From an uncultured Ruminococcus sp. (lineage in GTDB: Bacteria > Bacillota > Clostridia > Oscillospirales > CAG-272): a DNA stretch of 35,953 nt. Within the stretch, counting starts at the first letter, position 1. Each line of letters begins with the position of its first letter. Both the position numbers and the translations under genes were made by a program. The notes below the pieces were generated by a model that ran no database searches, was not told where the DNA came from, and worked only from the letters and a program-made list of their open reading frames with translations. The stretch is taken from contig CAZISZ010000002.1 in NCBI GenBank assembly GCA_964542035.1, positions 1-35,953 on the forward strand, read 5' to 3'. Positions 1-9,132 of the stretch are shown here, piece after piece.

Positions 1-2
1 TC

Positions 3-695
3 GTGCAGATCATCCCCAAGATGGTCCATGCCGATATGGCTCACGAGCGCGAGCTTATAGCCGCTCCCGCCAAAGAGGCAAAAGCTTCGGACGGCAAAAA
101 GAAAAAGCTTATCGAGCTTGATGAGTTCGGCTTCGGTGCTTTCGGTCTTGCCATTGTTCTCGGCATACTGCTCGGTTCCATAAAGATCCCGCTCACAAGC
201 GCGGGATACGATGGTGCCACATTCTCGCTCGGAACCACGGGCGGTCCGCTTATCGCGGCTCTTATTCTCGGTCATTTCGGGCACATTGGCAGGATCTCCC
301 TGCGCATTCCCGATGCGACACTTAAGGTCTTCCGCGAGTTCGGACTTATGCTCTTCCTTATCGGTGCGGGCGTTGAGGGCGGCGTTGAGCTTGTTGCTCA
401 GGTGTCCGCGTCCGAATACGGCATTATGCTTGTTGTTTACGGCTTCCTTGCGGGCGTAGTTATTACCGCGGTACCCATGATAGTGGGTTACCTCATGGCA
501 AAGTATGTCTTCAAGCTGCCTCTTCTCAACAACCTCGGGTCCATTACCGGCGGTATGACCAGTACTCCCGCGCTTGGTACGCTTGTAGGCGTTTCCGGTA
601 CGGATAACGTGGCATCGGCATATGCTTCCACATATCCGATAGCGTTGGTACTTGTCGTTTTGTTCTCTAACCTTATAGGAACATTCCTCGGTTGA
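3..695 (+). CDS. YidE/YbjL (AspT-type) family transport protein, C-terminal part; 5' end lies outside the window
   Basis: The ORF runs from the window edge. It is a polytopic hydrophobic protein with GGPLIAALILGHFG and GSITGGMTSTPALG motifs, typical of the Asp-Al_Ex duplication domain of YidE/YbjL permeases. A hairpin terminator follows. Confidence 0.7.
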   Translation: MQIIPKMVHADMAHERELIAAPAKEAKASDGKKKKLIELDEFGFGAFGLAIVLGILLGSIKIPLTSAGYDGATFSLGTTGGPLIAALILGHFGHIGRISLRIPDATLKVFREFGLMLFLIGAGVEGGVELVAQVSASEYGIMLVVYGFLAGVVITAVPMIVGYLMAKYVFKLPLLNNLGSITGGMTSTPALGTLVGVSGTDNVASAYASTYPIALVLVVLFSNLIGTFLG

Positions 696-723
696 GTTAA
701 GATCGGGGACAAAATAAAAAATT

Positions 724-747
724 CGGGGACGCCGTACGGCGTCCCCG
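724..747. terminator. Bidirectional intrinsic terminator between convergent genes
   Basis: Perfect 10-bp GC-rich stem cggggacgcc/ggcgtccccg with a 4-nt loop. An A-run lies upstream and T-rich sequence downstream. It sits between a + gene ending at 695 and a - gene ending at 794. Confidence 0.6.
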
Positions 748-793
748 ATATTTATATATAAGATGTACAACGCGGTCTTACCGGTGGAAGATA

Positions 794-1564
794 TCAGTTC
801 ATTTCCGCAAATATATCAAGCGCGGGTCCGATGTGTTTATCCCAAAATTTCCATCTGTGGTTGCCGGGCGCGGAGGTGAAATCAAAGTCTATGCCGGTGC
901 CTTTGGCGCGTTCGCAGAACAAAAGATTTCCGTTATACAAACTGTCTTCTGTGCCGCAAACGGCAAAAAGACGCGGGCGCGGCGCATCGGCGGGCTTTTC
1001 GCGATAGGTGTCAAGCAGGTGCAAAAGGTCGCCGTCGCTGCCCGGCAGTGTGGTGTTGCAATCCTCACCCCAAATTGCGGTCGCCTGCGGTAGCCAATCG
1101 CATTCGGGGAGGGCGGTGGCGATATCGAGACAGCCGGAAAGCGATGCCGCCGCCGCGTATTGCTCGGGACAGCGCAGTGCAAGCAAAAACGCACCGTAAC
1201 CGCCCATAGAGAGTCCGGCAATGAACGTCCGCTCGCGGCGGCGGCTGAGTTTGAATATGCGGCGGGTGTAGTCAACCAACTCACGCGAAACATAGCTGAA
1301 GTGCCGCTTGCCGTACTTCATATCGGTGTAAAAGCCGTTCTCTCCGTCGGGCATAACTATTGCCAAACGTCTGTCCGTGGCGTAACGTTCAATGGATGTT
1401 TTGCGGCACCATGATGAATGGTCTCCGTGCATGCCGTGCAGAAGATAAACGGTTTTAATGTCCTCTTCGGGACAATCTTCCGGTAGGATCACGTTTATTA
1501 ACGTTTCCTGCTCAAGTTCTGCGGATCTGAAATTTGCGGTAATGAGTGCCATTGTTGCTATCAT
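794..1564 (-). CDS. Esterase family protein (esterase D / tributyrin-esterase-like alpha/beta hydrolase)
   Basis: 256 aa with the nucleophile elbow GLSMGGYGA, an HGMHGDHSSW motif and a C-terminal GNHRW, consistent with the putative esterase family (PF00756-like). An alternative start at 1552 is possible. Confidence 0.75.
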   Translation of the reverse strand: MIATMALITANFRSAELEQETLINVILPEDCPEEDIKTVYLLHGMHGDHSSWCRKTSIERYATDRRLAIVMPDGENGFYTDMKYGKRHFSYVSRELVDYTRRIFKLSRRRERTFIAGLSMGGYGAFLLALRCPEQYAAAASLSGCLDIATALPECDWLPQATAIWGEDCNTTLPGSDGDLLHLLDTYREKPADAPRPRLFAVCGTEDSLYNGNLLFCERAKGTGIDFDFTSAPGNHRWKFWDKHIGPALDIFAEMN

Positions 1565-1640
1565 GCCTCGCCAAAGGCGAGGCTGCCTTTCGTAATTATA
1601 TTATTTCACTGTAATATTACAATAGATCTGTAATATGGTT

Positions 1641-1973
1641 TTAAAATTTACCTTTTGCCGTCAGAGCGATCAAAAGATCTATATCGTCCGGCTGAACATT
1701 CGCTTCATGTGCCGAACGGCAGCGCTTTACAGCGCCGCATTTTTGACAGCGGTGAGTTATAATAAATCCCCGCCGCGCATCCGGTTCGGCGGATATCGGT
1801 TCAAGCAGACCTCCGCATTCACAGGCGCGGTCGCCGGGATTTTCGTCAATATGTATTGACCACAGGCAAAAAGGGCAATGGTTACGCGAGGAGTACCCGA
1901 GCGGCTCTACTTTTTTGTGGCAGTGTGCGCACACAAAACCCGAATCATTTTTTAAAAATCTTTTTGTTTCCAT
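1641..1973 (-). CDS. RNHCP domain-containing zinc-ribbon protein
   Basis: 110 aa containing the literal RNHCPFC motif plus CAHC, CECGG and CQKCG cysteine pairs. A GGGAGA RBS lies 8 nt upstream of the ATG. Confidence 0.75.
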   Translation of the reverse strand: METKRFLKNDSGFVCAHCHKKVEPLGYSSRNHCPFCLWSIHIDENPGDRACECGGLLEPISAEPDARRGFIITHRCQKCGAVKRCRSAHEANVQPDDIDLLIALTAKGKF

Positions 1974-2200
1974 TAAAACAGTCTCCCGAGATGACGAAAG
2001 TACAAACTTTTTTGCAAAAAAACGCGAAAATTTGCATTCCGCTCTTTATTCCTGCCGATTTTTATAGTATAATAAATATGTATACTTATACGGTTGCGAA
2101 GCAAAATATTTCGCCCGATAATATTATACAATGTTTTTGGATGATAATCAAGCGGCGATGCGAAAAAATCGCCGTATGTGTGAAAGGACGGCGATAAAAC

Positions 2201-2554
2201 ATGGCATTAAAGCAAAGATATACGGTAACTGTAGCCGGATACGAGATGAATGTCAGATCGGATAATACTGCTGATGAAGTGGAGGAGATAGTCGGCGCGC
2301 TTGATCGCGGAATACGTGATGTGTGCGCGCGCAATCGCAATCTGCCGCGCAATGAGGCGATAATTCTTTGCGCGCTCGACGCATATTCCGAAAAGCGCCG
2401 CGCTGTTGCCGAAACACGCGCCCTTGAAGCTCAAATGGCAAGGGTTGAGCATGAAAACGATCTTCTGCGCGCCTATATTGAGCGCCACACAAAACAGCCC
2501 GCCGTCGATGACAGTGCGGAGGATATGTCCGCGCACGAGGTGGACGAGCAATGA
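2201..2554 (+). CDS. zapA: Cell division protein ZapA
   Basis: 117 aa. The N-terminal pattern YTVTVAGYEMNVRSD...VEEIVGALDRGIRDV followed by a C-terminal coiled-coil-like region resembles ZapA. The stop overlaps the next gene's start (ATGA). Confidence 0.65.
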   Translation: MALKQRYTVTVAGYEMNVRSDNTADEVEEIVGALDRGIRDVCARNRNLPRNEAIILCALDAYSEKRRAVAETRALEAQMARVEHENDLLRAYIERHTKQPAVDDSAEDMSAHEVDEQ

Positions 2555-4332
2555 CGGTACTGCCCGAACTTTTGGCTCCCGCAGGATCGCCGGAGGCACT
2601 GCGTGCGGCGGTGGCGGCGGGAGCCGACGCCGTATATTTCGGCGCGTCCGGTTTTAATGCCCGCGCCGGTGCGCGCAATTTTTCGGACGCGGAGCTTTGT
2701 CGCGCCGTAGAGCATTGCCACGCAAACGGTGTACGGGTGTACCTTACTCTAAACACGTTGGTGTATGACAGAGAGATGCGCGATTATCTTGCCGCGGCAG
2801 AGCGTGCGTATCTTGCGGGAGTGGACGCCTTGATTGTTGCCGATTTCGGCGGTGCCGCGGCAATACACCGTACATTTCCCGATTTTGAGCTTCATGCATC
2901 AACGCAAATGTCGGGGCATTCGGTGGCGGCGGCTCGCGAATTGGAAAAACTCGGTTTTTCCCGAATGGTATTGGCGCGCGAACTGTCGCGCGAGGATATA
3001 TTCGAATTCACAAAAAATTCGCCGATAGAGGCGGAGGTGTTCGTGCACGGTGCGCTGTGTGTTTGCCATTCGGGGCAGTGCCTGTTTTCATCGATGGTAG
3101 GCGGTCGCTCGGGGAATCGCGGCGAGTGCGCGCAACCCTGCCGATTGCCGTATAACGGAGGTAAATACCCGCTGTCCCTCAAGGATAATTGCCTTGCCGC
3201 GCATATTCCGGATCTGATAGAAGCCAAAGTTGCGTCGCTGAAGATAGAGGGCAGAATGAAAGGCGCGGATTATGTCGGCGGCGTGGTATCGGTATACCGC
3301 CGTTTGCTTGATGAGCGCCGCGCGGCAACTCCGCGTGAGATATCGGCGCTTGAGGGCATTTTTTCTCGGTCCGGGTTTACCGACGGCTATTTTTGCGACA
3401 GGATCGATCACGATATGCTCGGCATACGTACCGAACGAGATAAAAGGCGAACCTCTGCCTCGTCGCTCACCGCGCCCGCGCACACGGTGCAGCCTGTCGG
3501 CGAGCCGATAGAGACTCCGAAAAGAGAGCCGCATGCCGAAGAATATGCACCGATCCGCCCCTGTGGTCGTTCGGCGGTAATGCGCACGGCGCAAATGCAT
3601 TCGATACGCCAGCTGACGGCAGAGGCTCGCGCATATTTTGATATATGCTTTATACCGCTTCGCGACGCGGCAAAGTTATCCGTTCCCGCCGCGGGAAGTC
3701 ATGGGTATGCCGCGATAGGCGCGGTATTGCCGCCGGTCATTCCCGACAGCGAACTCTCCGGTGTTCGCGCCGAACTTTCGGCGGCATGTGAGCGCGGAGT
3801 GCGCGATCTTTTGATCGGTAATATAGGGCACCTTTCTTTGGCGCACGAGTTTGAAATGCGCCCGCACGGGGATATGCGGCTTAACATATGTAACCGCGAG
3901 AGCGCGGCGGCGTATGAGGCGTTGGGATTTGAAGATATGATCCTCTCGCCCGAGCTTACTCTGCCGCGACTGCGCGATATCGGCGGCAGGACGCTTAGCA
4001 TAGTTTACGGTCGCATTCCGCTTATGGTAACCGAAAAATGCGCGGGACGTGAGTGCGGAAGTTGCCGCGGCTGTGCAGACGGAAAAAACAAACTTATCGA
4101 CAGGCGCGGCGTGTCGTTCCCTGTCCTGCGTGAGGCGCGCCACCGTTCGCTTATTGTCAACAGCTTGCCCACGTCTATGTCGGATAAGCAAAAGACGCTT
4201 GACGAATACGGCTTGCGCGGTCGCCATTTTATCTTTACGACAGAAAGCGCGGCAGAGGCAGACGACGTTATTCGTGCTTTTAAGGCACGAGCGGCGATAG
4301 GCGGCGAATGCCGCCGCATAGCGCAAAAGTAA
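2551..4332 (+). CDS. U32 family peptidase-like protein (RlhA/UbiU-type Fe-S enzyme family)
   Basis: 593 aa. N-terminal ELLAPAGS...GADAVYFG, LKIEGRMK, and the U32 cysteine motif CVCHSGQC...GECAQPC. Translationally coupled to zapA. Confidence 0.85.
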   Translation: MTVLPELLAPAGSPEALRAAVAAGADAVYFGASGFNARAGARNFSDAELCRAVEHCHANGVRVYLTLNTLVYDREMRDYLAAAERAYLAGVDALIVADFGGAAAIHRTFPDFELHASTQMSGHSVAAARELEKLGFSRMVLARELSREDIFEFTKNSPIEAEVFVHGALCVCHSGQCLFSSMVGGRSGNRGECAQPCRLPYNGGKYPLSLKDNCLAAHIPDLIEAKVASLKIEGRMKGADYVGGVVSVYRRLLDERRAATPREISALEGIFSRSGFTDGYFCDRIDHDMLGIRTERDKRRTSASSLTAPAHTVQPVGEPIETPKREPHAEEYAPIRPCGRSAVMRTAQMHSIRQLTAEARAYFDICFIPLRDAAKLSVPAAGSHGYAAIGAVLPPVIPDSELSGVRAELSAACERGVRDLLIGNIGHLSLAHEFEMRPHGDMRLNICNRESAAAYEALGFEDMILSPELTLPRLRDIGGRTLSIVYGRIPLMVTEKCAGRECGSCRGCADGKNKLIDRRGVSFPVLREARHRSLIVNSLPTSMSDKQKTLDEYGLRGRHFIFTTESAAEADDVIRAFKARAAIGGECRRIAQK

Positions 4333-4372
4333 ACTTCGGTGGGCATTTTGCCCGACGACAAGGAATACGGCA

Positions 4373-5275
4373 ATGAAAATAAACGGAAAATTTAAAAGCT
4401 TTACCGATGGACTTGCGATTTTTTTGGCGGTGCTTATCGCCGTGTATATCCTAACGGGATATATCAAGAGCGATTCCGGCAAAAATACTTCAATGACCAT
4501 GTCGGAAAAGATAGAAAAACTTATAACCACATCATCCTACCGCATATATATTAATATATTTCTGCTTTTGGTCTTTTCGGCGGCGGTTGGGATACTTTTG
4601 CGGCGATGGCCTGTGCTCGGCGCCATGGCGTCGGTTTTGCCATTGGCGTATGAACTGTTTTTGCTTACTCAAAAGCTACTTACAAAATACCCTACGGCTG
4701 TTATACTGTTCACTGCGGCGCACGCCGCCGGTGCGCTGCTTTATGCCGAGTTCAGCGACAGAGCAGGTCGCACAAATTTTGCGCACCCTGCTGCCACAGC
4801 ACTTGTCGGAACGCTCGGCGCGGCTTTTTCAGCCCATACCGCCGTCCTTTGCGGGCGGGTCTTGTCGTCTGCCGAAACGATGGCAAAACTAAAAAGTCAC
4901 GGGCTGGCGCCTTCCGCCGCGGTCGGAACGATACGCGGCGCCGTTGATAGGATATACGCCGTTTATCTTACCGAGGGGTCCTCTACCGCACGCACACTTG
5001 GTTCGGATTATCTTAAATCGCTTGGCGATTCGGGCGTTCGAGCCGCATTCAGGCGAACGGTGGAGGGGGATCAGTTCTCTGCCTATCTCGGTGCGTCGGT
5101 TTTGCTTTTCGGCGCGGCGATCTTGGTCTTTTACCTGTCCTCGAAAAAACTCGTGTGGGTAAAAACTCTTGTCGCCTGCGTACCCCTCGCTGTGATATCC
5201 GTTTTGCTGATATGTGAATCGCTCGGTGCGGCTGGAATCGTTTTGCTTTTGGCGGCGCTTTATCTTATAATTTAA
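4373..5275 (+). CDS. Hypothetical polytopic membrane protein
   Basis: 300 aa with several hydrophobic helices and an AAGGAA RBS. I recognised no family motif. A terminator follows. Confidence 0.55.
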   Translation: MKINGKFKSFTDGLAIFLAVLIAVYILTGYIKSDSGKNTSMTMSEKIEKLITTSSYRIYINIFLLLVFSAAVGILLRRWPVLGAMASVLPLAYELFLLTQKLLTKYPTAVILFTAAHAAGALLYAEFSDRAGRTNFAHPAATALVGTLGAAFSAHTAVLCGRVLSSAETMAKLKSHGLAPSAAVGTIRGAVDRIYAVYLTEGSSTARTLGSDYLKSLGDSGVRAAFRRTVEGDQFSAYLGASVLLFGAAILVFYLSSKKLVWVKTLVACVPLAVISVLLICESLGAAGIVLLLAALYLII

Positions 5276-5300
5276 AATATAAAGACGATCTGTCTTTCAA

Positions 5301-5340
5301 AGCCCTGCGGAGGATTTTTCCCCGCGGGGCTGTTTGTTTA
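5301..5340 (+). terminator. Intrinsic terminator
   Basis: Stem agccctgcgg/ccgcggggct with one G-U pair, followed by gtttgttt, 26 nt after the stop at 5275. Confidence 0.6.
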
Positions 5341-5483
5341 GTTTGGGTTTAGTTTTCGGGTGTAATATAATGTCGAAAAAATATATACAAAGTGACAACA
5401 CGCGATTGCCGCAATGTATAAATACGGCGATCATGTATTCGATTGTTATATCGGATTCGGCTTTTGAGCGGAGGATTATTTTT

Positions 5484-7184
5484 ATGAATACAAAAACTAC
5501 AACTATCGACGGCGCCGCGCTTATGCGTATGCTCGGCGGAGGCGCGGAATTTTTATCCGAGCACACCGAGGAACTTAACGCGCTGAATGTTTTTCCGGTC
5601 GCCGACGGCGATACCGGTACCAACATGCTTCGCACCATGGAGGGCGGTATAGGCGCTTTGGGAGGTACCGCGGACGGGGCGCCCATCGGCGACACCGCGC
5701 AAAAATTTGCACGAGAAGTTTTGCTTTCCGCGCGCGGAAATTCCGGAGTTATACTTTCGCAGATATTCGCGGGTATAGGCGATGGATTGGCAGGGCTTGC
5801 TTCCGCTACGGCGCGTGAACTTGCCGAGGCATATCGGCACGGTATCGAACGCTCATACGCCGCCGTTCGCAAACCGGTGGAGGGGACTATTCTTACGGTT
5901 TTCAGGGAGAGCACCGAGTATGCGCTGGCAGGTATTTCGGAAACCTCCGGCATAGAGGATTTTTTTCGTTTGCACATAGAGGAGGCGCATCGTTCGCTTG
6001 AGGCAACGCGTGAGCTTTTACCCGTGCTTACCGAATCGGATGTTGTGGATTCGGGCGCGGCAGGCTATCTTTGCATTGCCGAGGGAATGTATCGCGCACT
6101 TGAGGGGAGCGGCGGCGAGTATCGTATTGGCGCGGTATCGGTACGTCAACCTTGTACCGATATTGAACTTTTCACACGCAAAAGTGTGCTTCGCGAGGGG
6201 TATTGTACCGAATTTTTGCTTCGCCTTACCGAATCAAAGACGGATATCGATAACTTTTCGATCGATACCGTCATTTCCCGCCTTGACGCGCTTGGCGGAG
6301 AGAGCGTTGTGGCGATGCTTGACGGAGATATTCTCAAGGTACACGTCCACACGCACACACCGGGGAATGTGCTTGCGGCGGCGCAGGAGTGGGGCGAATT
6401 TTTAACGGTAAAGATAGAAAATATGGATCTCGGTCACTCCGACAGTTCCGCGCGTCCACAAGTTTCAAGTGCGCTCGTAAAGGCAAAAGCCAAACAGGCA
6501 AAGCCGGCAAAGCCGGTAAAACCGTATTCCGTTGTCGCGGTAGCGTCCGGCGACGGAATGGAAGCCCTTTTTTACGAGCTCGGAGCTGATAGGGTAATAA
6601 GCGGCGGACAGTCGCTTAACCCGTCGGCGGCGGAATTTGCCCGCGCGTTTGCGGAATGCGATGCGGGGGAAATAATCGTTTTGCCCAACAACAAAAATAT
6701 CATAATGGCGGCGCGGCAGGCGGCGGAAATTTACACATCCGCACATGTACACGTGCTTGAGACCCGCAGTATGACTGAGGGCTATTCGGCGCTTTCGGTT
6801 ATAACTCCCGGGATAAAGGATATAGATCAGCTGATAAGCGGGGCGGCGAATGCCGCACGCGGCGTATGTGACGGTGAAGTTACGCGCGCTGTGCGCGATG
6901 CTGTGATAGATGGACATAAGATCTCCTGCGGAGAATGGATGGCGCTGTCGCACGGCGAACTTATCGCGCTTGCCGAAAACGCCGAAGACGCGCTGATGGC
7001 TCTGACGGAGCACTTAAACGCGGACGGTATGGGCGAGCTTATAACGGTATTTGCGGGGCGCGATGTTGCCGACGAACGCCGCGCCGTCGTGACCGAGCGT
7101 CTGCGTGTCGCGCATCCGGATTGTGAGGTTACCGTTTATTGCGGCGGGCAGGATGTTTACGATTATCTTGCCGCGATAGAATGA
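5484..7184 (+). CDS. fakA: DAK2-domain fatty acid kinase subunit FakA (YloV family)
   Basis: 566 aa counted from the ATG at 5484, which has a GAGCGGAGGA RBS upstream. The track ORF extends to 5334, but that extension has no RBS and an implausible sequence. The DhaL/Dak2 hallmark DGDTGTNM is present, followed by ARGNSGVILSQ and a C-terminal DegV-like half. Confidence 0.8.
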   Translation: MNTKTTTIDGAALMRMLGGGAEFLSEHTEELNALNVFPVADGDTGTNMLRTMEGGIGALGGTADGAPIGDTAQKFAREVLLSARGNSGVILSQIFAGIGDGLAGLASATARELAEAYRHGIERSYAAVRKPVEGTILTVFRESTEYALAGISETSGIEDFFRLHIEEAHRSLEATRELLPVLTESDVVDSGAAGYLCIAEGMYRALEGSGGEYRIGAVSVRQPCTDIELFTRKSVLREGYCTEFLLRLTESKTDIDNFSIDTVISRLDALGGESVVAMLDGDILKVHVHTHTPGNVLAAAQEWGEFLTVKIENMDLGHSDSSARPQVSSALVKAKAKQAKPAKPVKPYSVVAVASGDGMEALFYELGADRVISGGQSLNPSAAEFARAFAECDAGEIIVLPNNKNIIMAARQAAEIYTSAHVHVLETRSMTEGYSALSVITPGIKDIDQLISGAANAARGVCDGEVTRAVRDAVIDGHKISCGEWMALSHGELIALAENAEDALMALTEHLNADGMGELITVFAGRDVADERRAVVTERLRVAHPDCEVTVYCGGQDVYDYLAAIE

Positions 7185-7232
7185 TTCGCGGACTGACATA
7201 AGACATAAAAACAAGAAAGGACTAAAGACGAA

Positions 7233-8204
7233 ATGGTAAAGATAATTATCGATACACAGGGCAGCGATCGCGGTGCGGCAACGATAATACGCGGCGCGGG
7301 CGCGGCACTGCGAAAATTTTCGGATCTTTCGGCAGAACTTGTCGGTGATATCGAAGAGATGAAAAAAACGGCGGAGGAGATCGATCTTCCCGCCGACCGA
7401 GTGGAATTTTTACACGCGCCAACGTCAATCACAAATTTCGACGACCCCGCAGAGGCGATATTTAAAAAGACGGATTCATCTATGTTACGCGGTCTTGGGG
7501 AACTGTCGCGACGAGACGATGTCTCCGGCATGCTCAGTGCGGGTAACACGGGTGTGCTTTTGGCGGGCACGGTGCGTTATCTTTTGTGTGCCGATCGTAC
7601 TCGTCCCGCTATGGCGGCACTGCTACCCGCGGCGGACGGTTCGTTTACATGTCTTGTGGACGCGGGTGCCACCATTGACTGTACGCCGCAAATGCTTTGT
7701 CATTTCGCGCATCTCGGTACCGATACCATGAGGCGTATGTATTCGATAGAATCGCCGCGTGTGGGTCTGCTTTCAAACGGTGCCGAGCCGACAAAGGGCA
7801 ATAAACTTGTTAAGGAGACGCATGTAAAACTCGCCGAGGATCCCGATATCAATTTTATCGGTAATGTCGAGGGCAACACGGCGCTCTCCGGCGTTTGCGA
7901 TGTTTTGGTGTGCGACGGATTTGCCGGCAATCAGGTGCTTAAAGTTACCGAGGGAACCGCCGCGCGCATTATGCGCGATATAATCAAGTATGCGCACACT
8001 CATAACGGCGGCGAGGCGATAAGCGCATTGGCGGCGGAACTTATGGGCAGATATGATATAGCGTCCCTTGGCGGCGGAATTATACTCGGTGCGGCAAAGC
8101 CGGTAATAAAGCTGCGCGGCAGTTCGGGAGAGGATGCCGTTGTAAATACCGCGGAGATGATCATAAATCTTTCGCGCGGTCGTACCGTATATGATAAGGA
8201 ATAA
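7233..8204 (+). CDS. plsX: Phosphate acyltransferase PlsX
   Basis: 323 aa with SAGNTGVLLA, FIGNVEGN and DVLVCDGFAGNQVLKVTEG motifs, characteristic of PlsX. Confidence 0.85.
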   Translation: MVKIIIDTQGSDRGAATIIRGAGAALRKFSDLSAELVGDIEEMKKTAEEIDLPADRVEFLHAPTSITNFDDPAEAIFKKTDSSMLRGLGELSRRDDVSGMLSAGNTGVLLAGTVRYLLCADRTRPAMAALLPAADGSFTCLVDAGATIDCTPQMLCHFAHLGTDTMRRMYSIESPRVGLLSNGAEPTKGNKLVKETHVKLAEDPDINFIGNVEGNTALSGVCDVLVCDGFAGNQVLKVTEGTAARIMRDIIKYAHTHNGGEAISALAAELMGRYDIASLGGGIILGAAKPVIKLRGSSGEDAVVNTAEMIINLSRGRTVYDKE

Positions 8205-8232
8205 AATCTCAAATAAAACAGGAGAAACATCG

Positions 8233-9129
8233 ATGTCAAAAATAAAAATAATGTGCACATCTACCGGTTGTATTGAATACGCTCCGGCGCGTTATCGTGA
8301 ACTCGGAATAGAAATAATACGCATACATGTGTTTTTTGAGGGCAAAGAGTATCGCGAAGGATTGGATCTTGATCCGGTTGAATTCTACAAACGGCTTGAA
8401 ACCATAGAGGATCCGAAAAATAATTTGCCGCATACCGGCATGCCGGATACCGAGGAGATACGCGCGGCGTTTGACCGTGCAATCCGGGAGGGCTGTGATG
8501 AAGCTATGGTGTTTGTTCTTTCATCTGCCCTCGGCGGTACATATGACAAGATATGTCTTATTGCCAAAGAATACACCGCAAAACTTAAGATAAATGTGAT
8601 CAATACCGAGATAACCTGTTTCGGAGAGGGACTTTTGGCTATCAAGGCGGCGGAATTTGCCACGCACGGTATGGCCTCCGACGAAATTTTGCGCGAGATA
8701 CATTGGATGATGGCGCGTCAGGAATTTATAGGCGTTGACGGCAAGCTTGATTACCTTATATATAACGGCCGTCTTAAAGGCGGTAAGGCGTTTATGGGAC
8801 AGCTCCTCAGCATTTGCCCGGTTATTCACTTTGAGGGCGGCGAGATAGTTCCGCTTGAAAGCGTTCGCACCCCCAAAAAGGCGCTGGCTCGCACCTGCGA
8901 GATATTGCGTGAAAAAATAGGCGATCGCTCGCCGGATGATTACCTGCTTTGGCATATATACACGGGTCCCTCGCTTATCGGTCAGCTGTGCGAGATAGAA
9001 AAGAAATACGGCATCGAGACAAATCACGAGTCCGTGATAATGTCCCCCGTCAGCGGCTGTCATAACGGTCCGTGGCTTGCGGGGTACGGTCTTGCATTCC
9101 TCCGCCGCGATGATGAGCCTTTGGAGTGA
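8233..9129 (+). CDS. DegV family (FakB-like) fatty-acid-binding protein, divergent
   Basis: 298 aa counted from the ATG at 8233, with an AGGAGA RBS at 8219-8224. DegV layout is recognisable: IKIMCTSTG, LPHTGMP and VLSSALGGTY replace the usual TDST, PKTSQPS and SSxLSGTY motifs. Confidence 0.75.
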   Translation: MSKIKIMCTSTGCIEYAPARYRELGIEIIRIHVFFEGKEYREGLDLDPVEFYKRLETIEDPKNNLPHTGMPDTEEIRAAFDRAIREGCDEAMVFVLSSALGGTYDKICLIAKEYTAKLKINVINTEITCFGEGLLAIKAAEFATHGMASDEILREIHWMMARQEFIGVDGKLDYLIYNGRLKGGKAFMGQLLSICPVIHFEGGEIVPLESVRTPKKALARTCEILREKIGDRSPDDYLLWHIYTGPSLIGQLCEIEKKYGIETNHESVIMSPVSGCHNGPWLAGYGLAFLRRDDEPLE

Positions 9130-9132
9130 GAT

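Noticed and set aside
1565-1583. Hairpin gcctcgcc-aaa-ggcgaggc between the RNHCP gene and the esterase gene
   Set aside because: No T-run follows it on the minus strand, so it is not a convincing terminator. It abuts the esterase start codon and may merely affect the RBS. There is not enough evidence to call a feature.
3676-4530. 284-aa minus-strand ORF. Similar antisense ORFs occur at 5297-5977, 14542-15228, 19704-20417 and 22047-22820.
   Set aside because: All of them lie opposite strongly motif-supported genes, have Arg/Ser/Ala-rich junk-like translations, and lack start-site signals.
5334-5483. N-terminal 50-aa extension of the fakA ORF in the track
   Set aside because: The extension (MFSLGLVFGCNIMSKKYIQ...) has no RBS and overlaps the upstream terminator and promoter region. 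The ATG at 5484 has a GGAGGA RBS and gives a normal FakA N-terminus.
6487-6530. Short imperfect tandem repeat gcaaagccggcaaagccggtaaaaccg, encoding KAKAKQAKPAKPVKP
   Set aside because: It lies in the inter-domain linker of FakA. It is best explained as a low-complexity Lys/Ala/Pro linker, not a regulatory repeat or a contingency locus.
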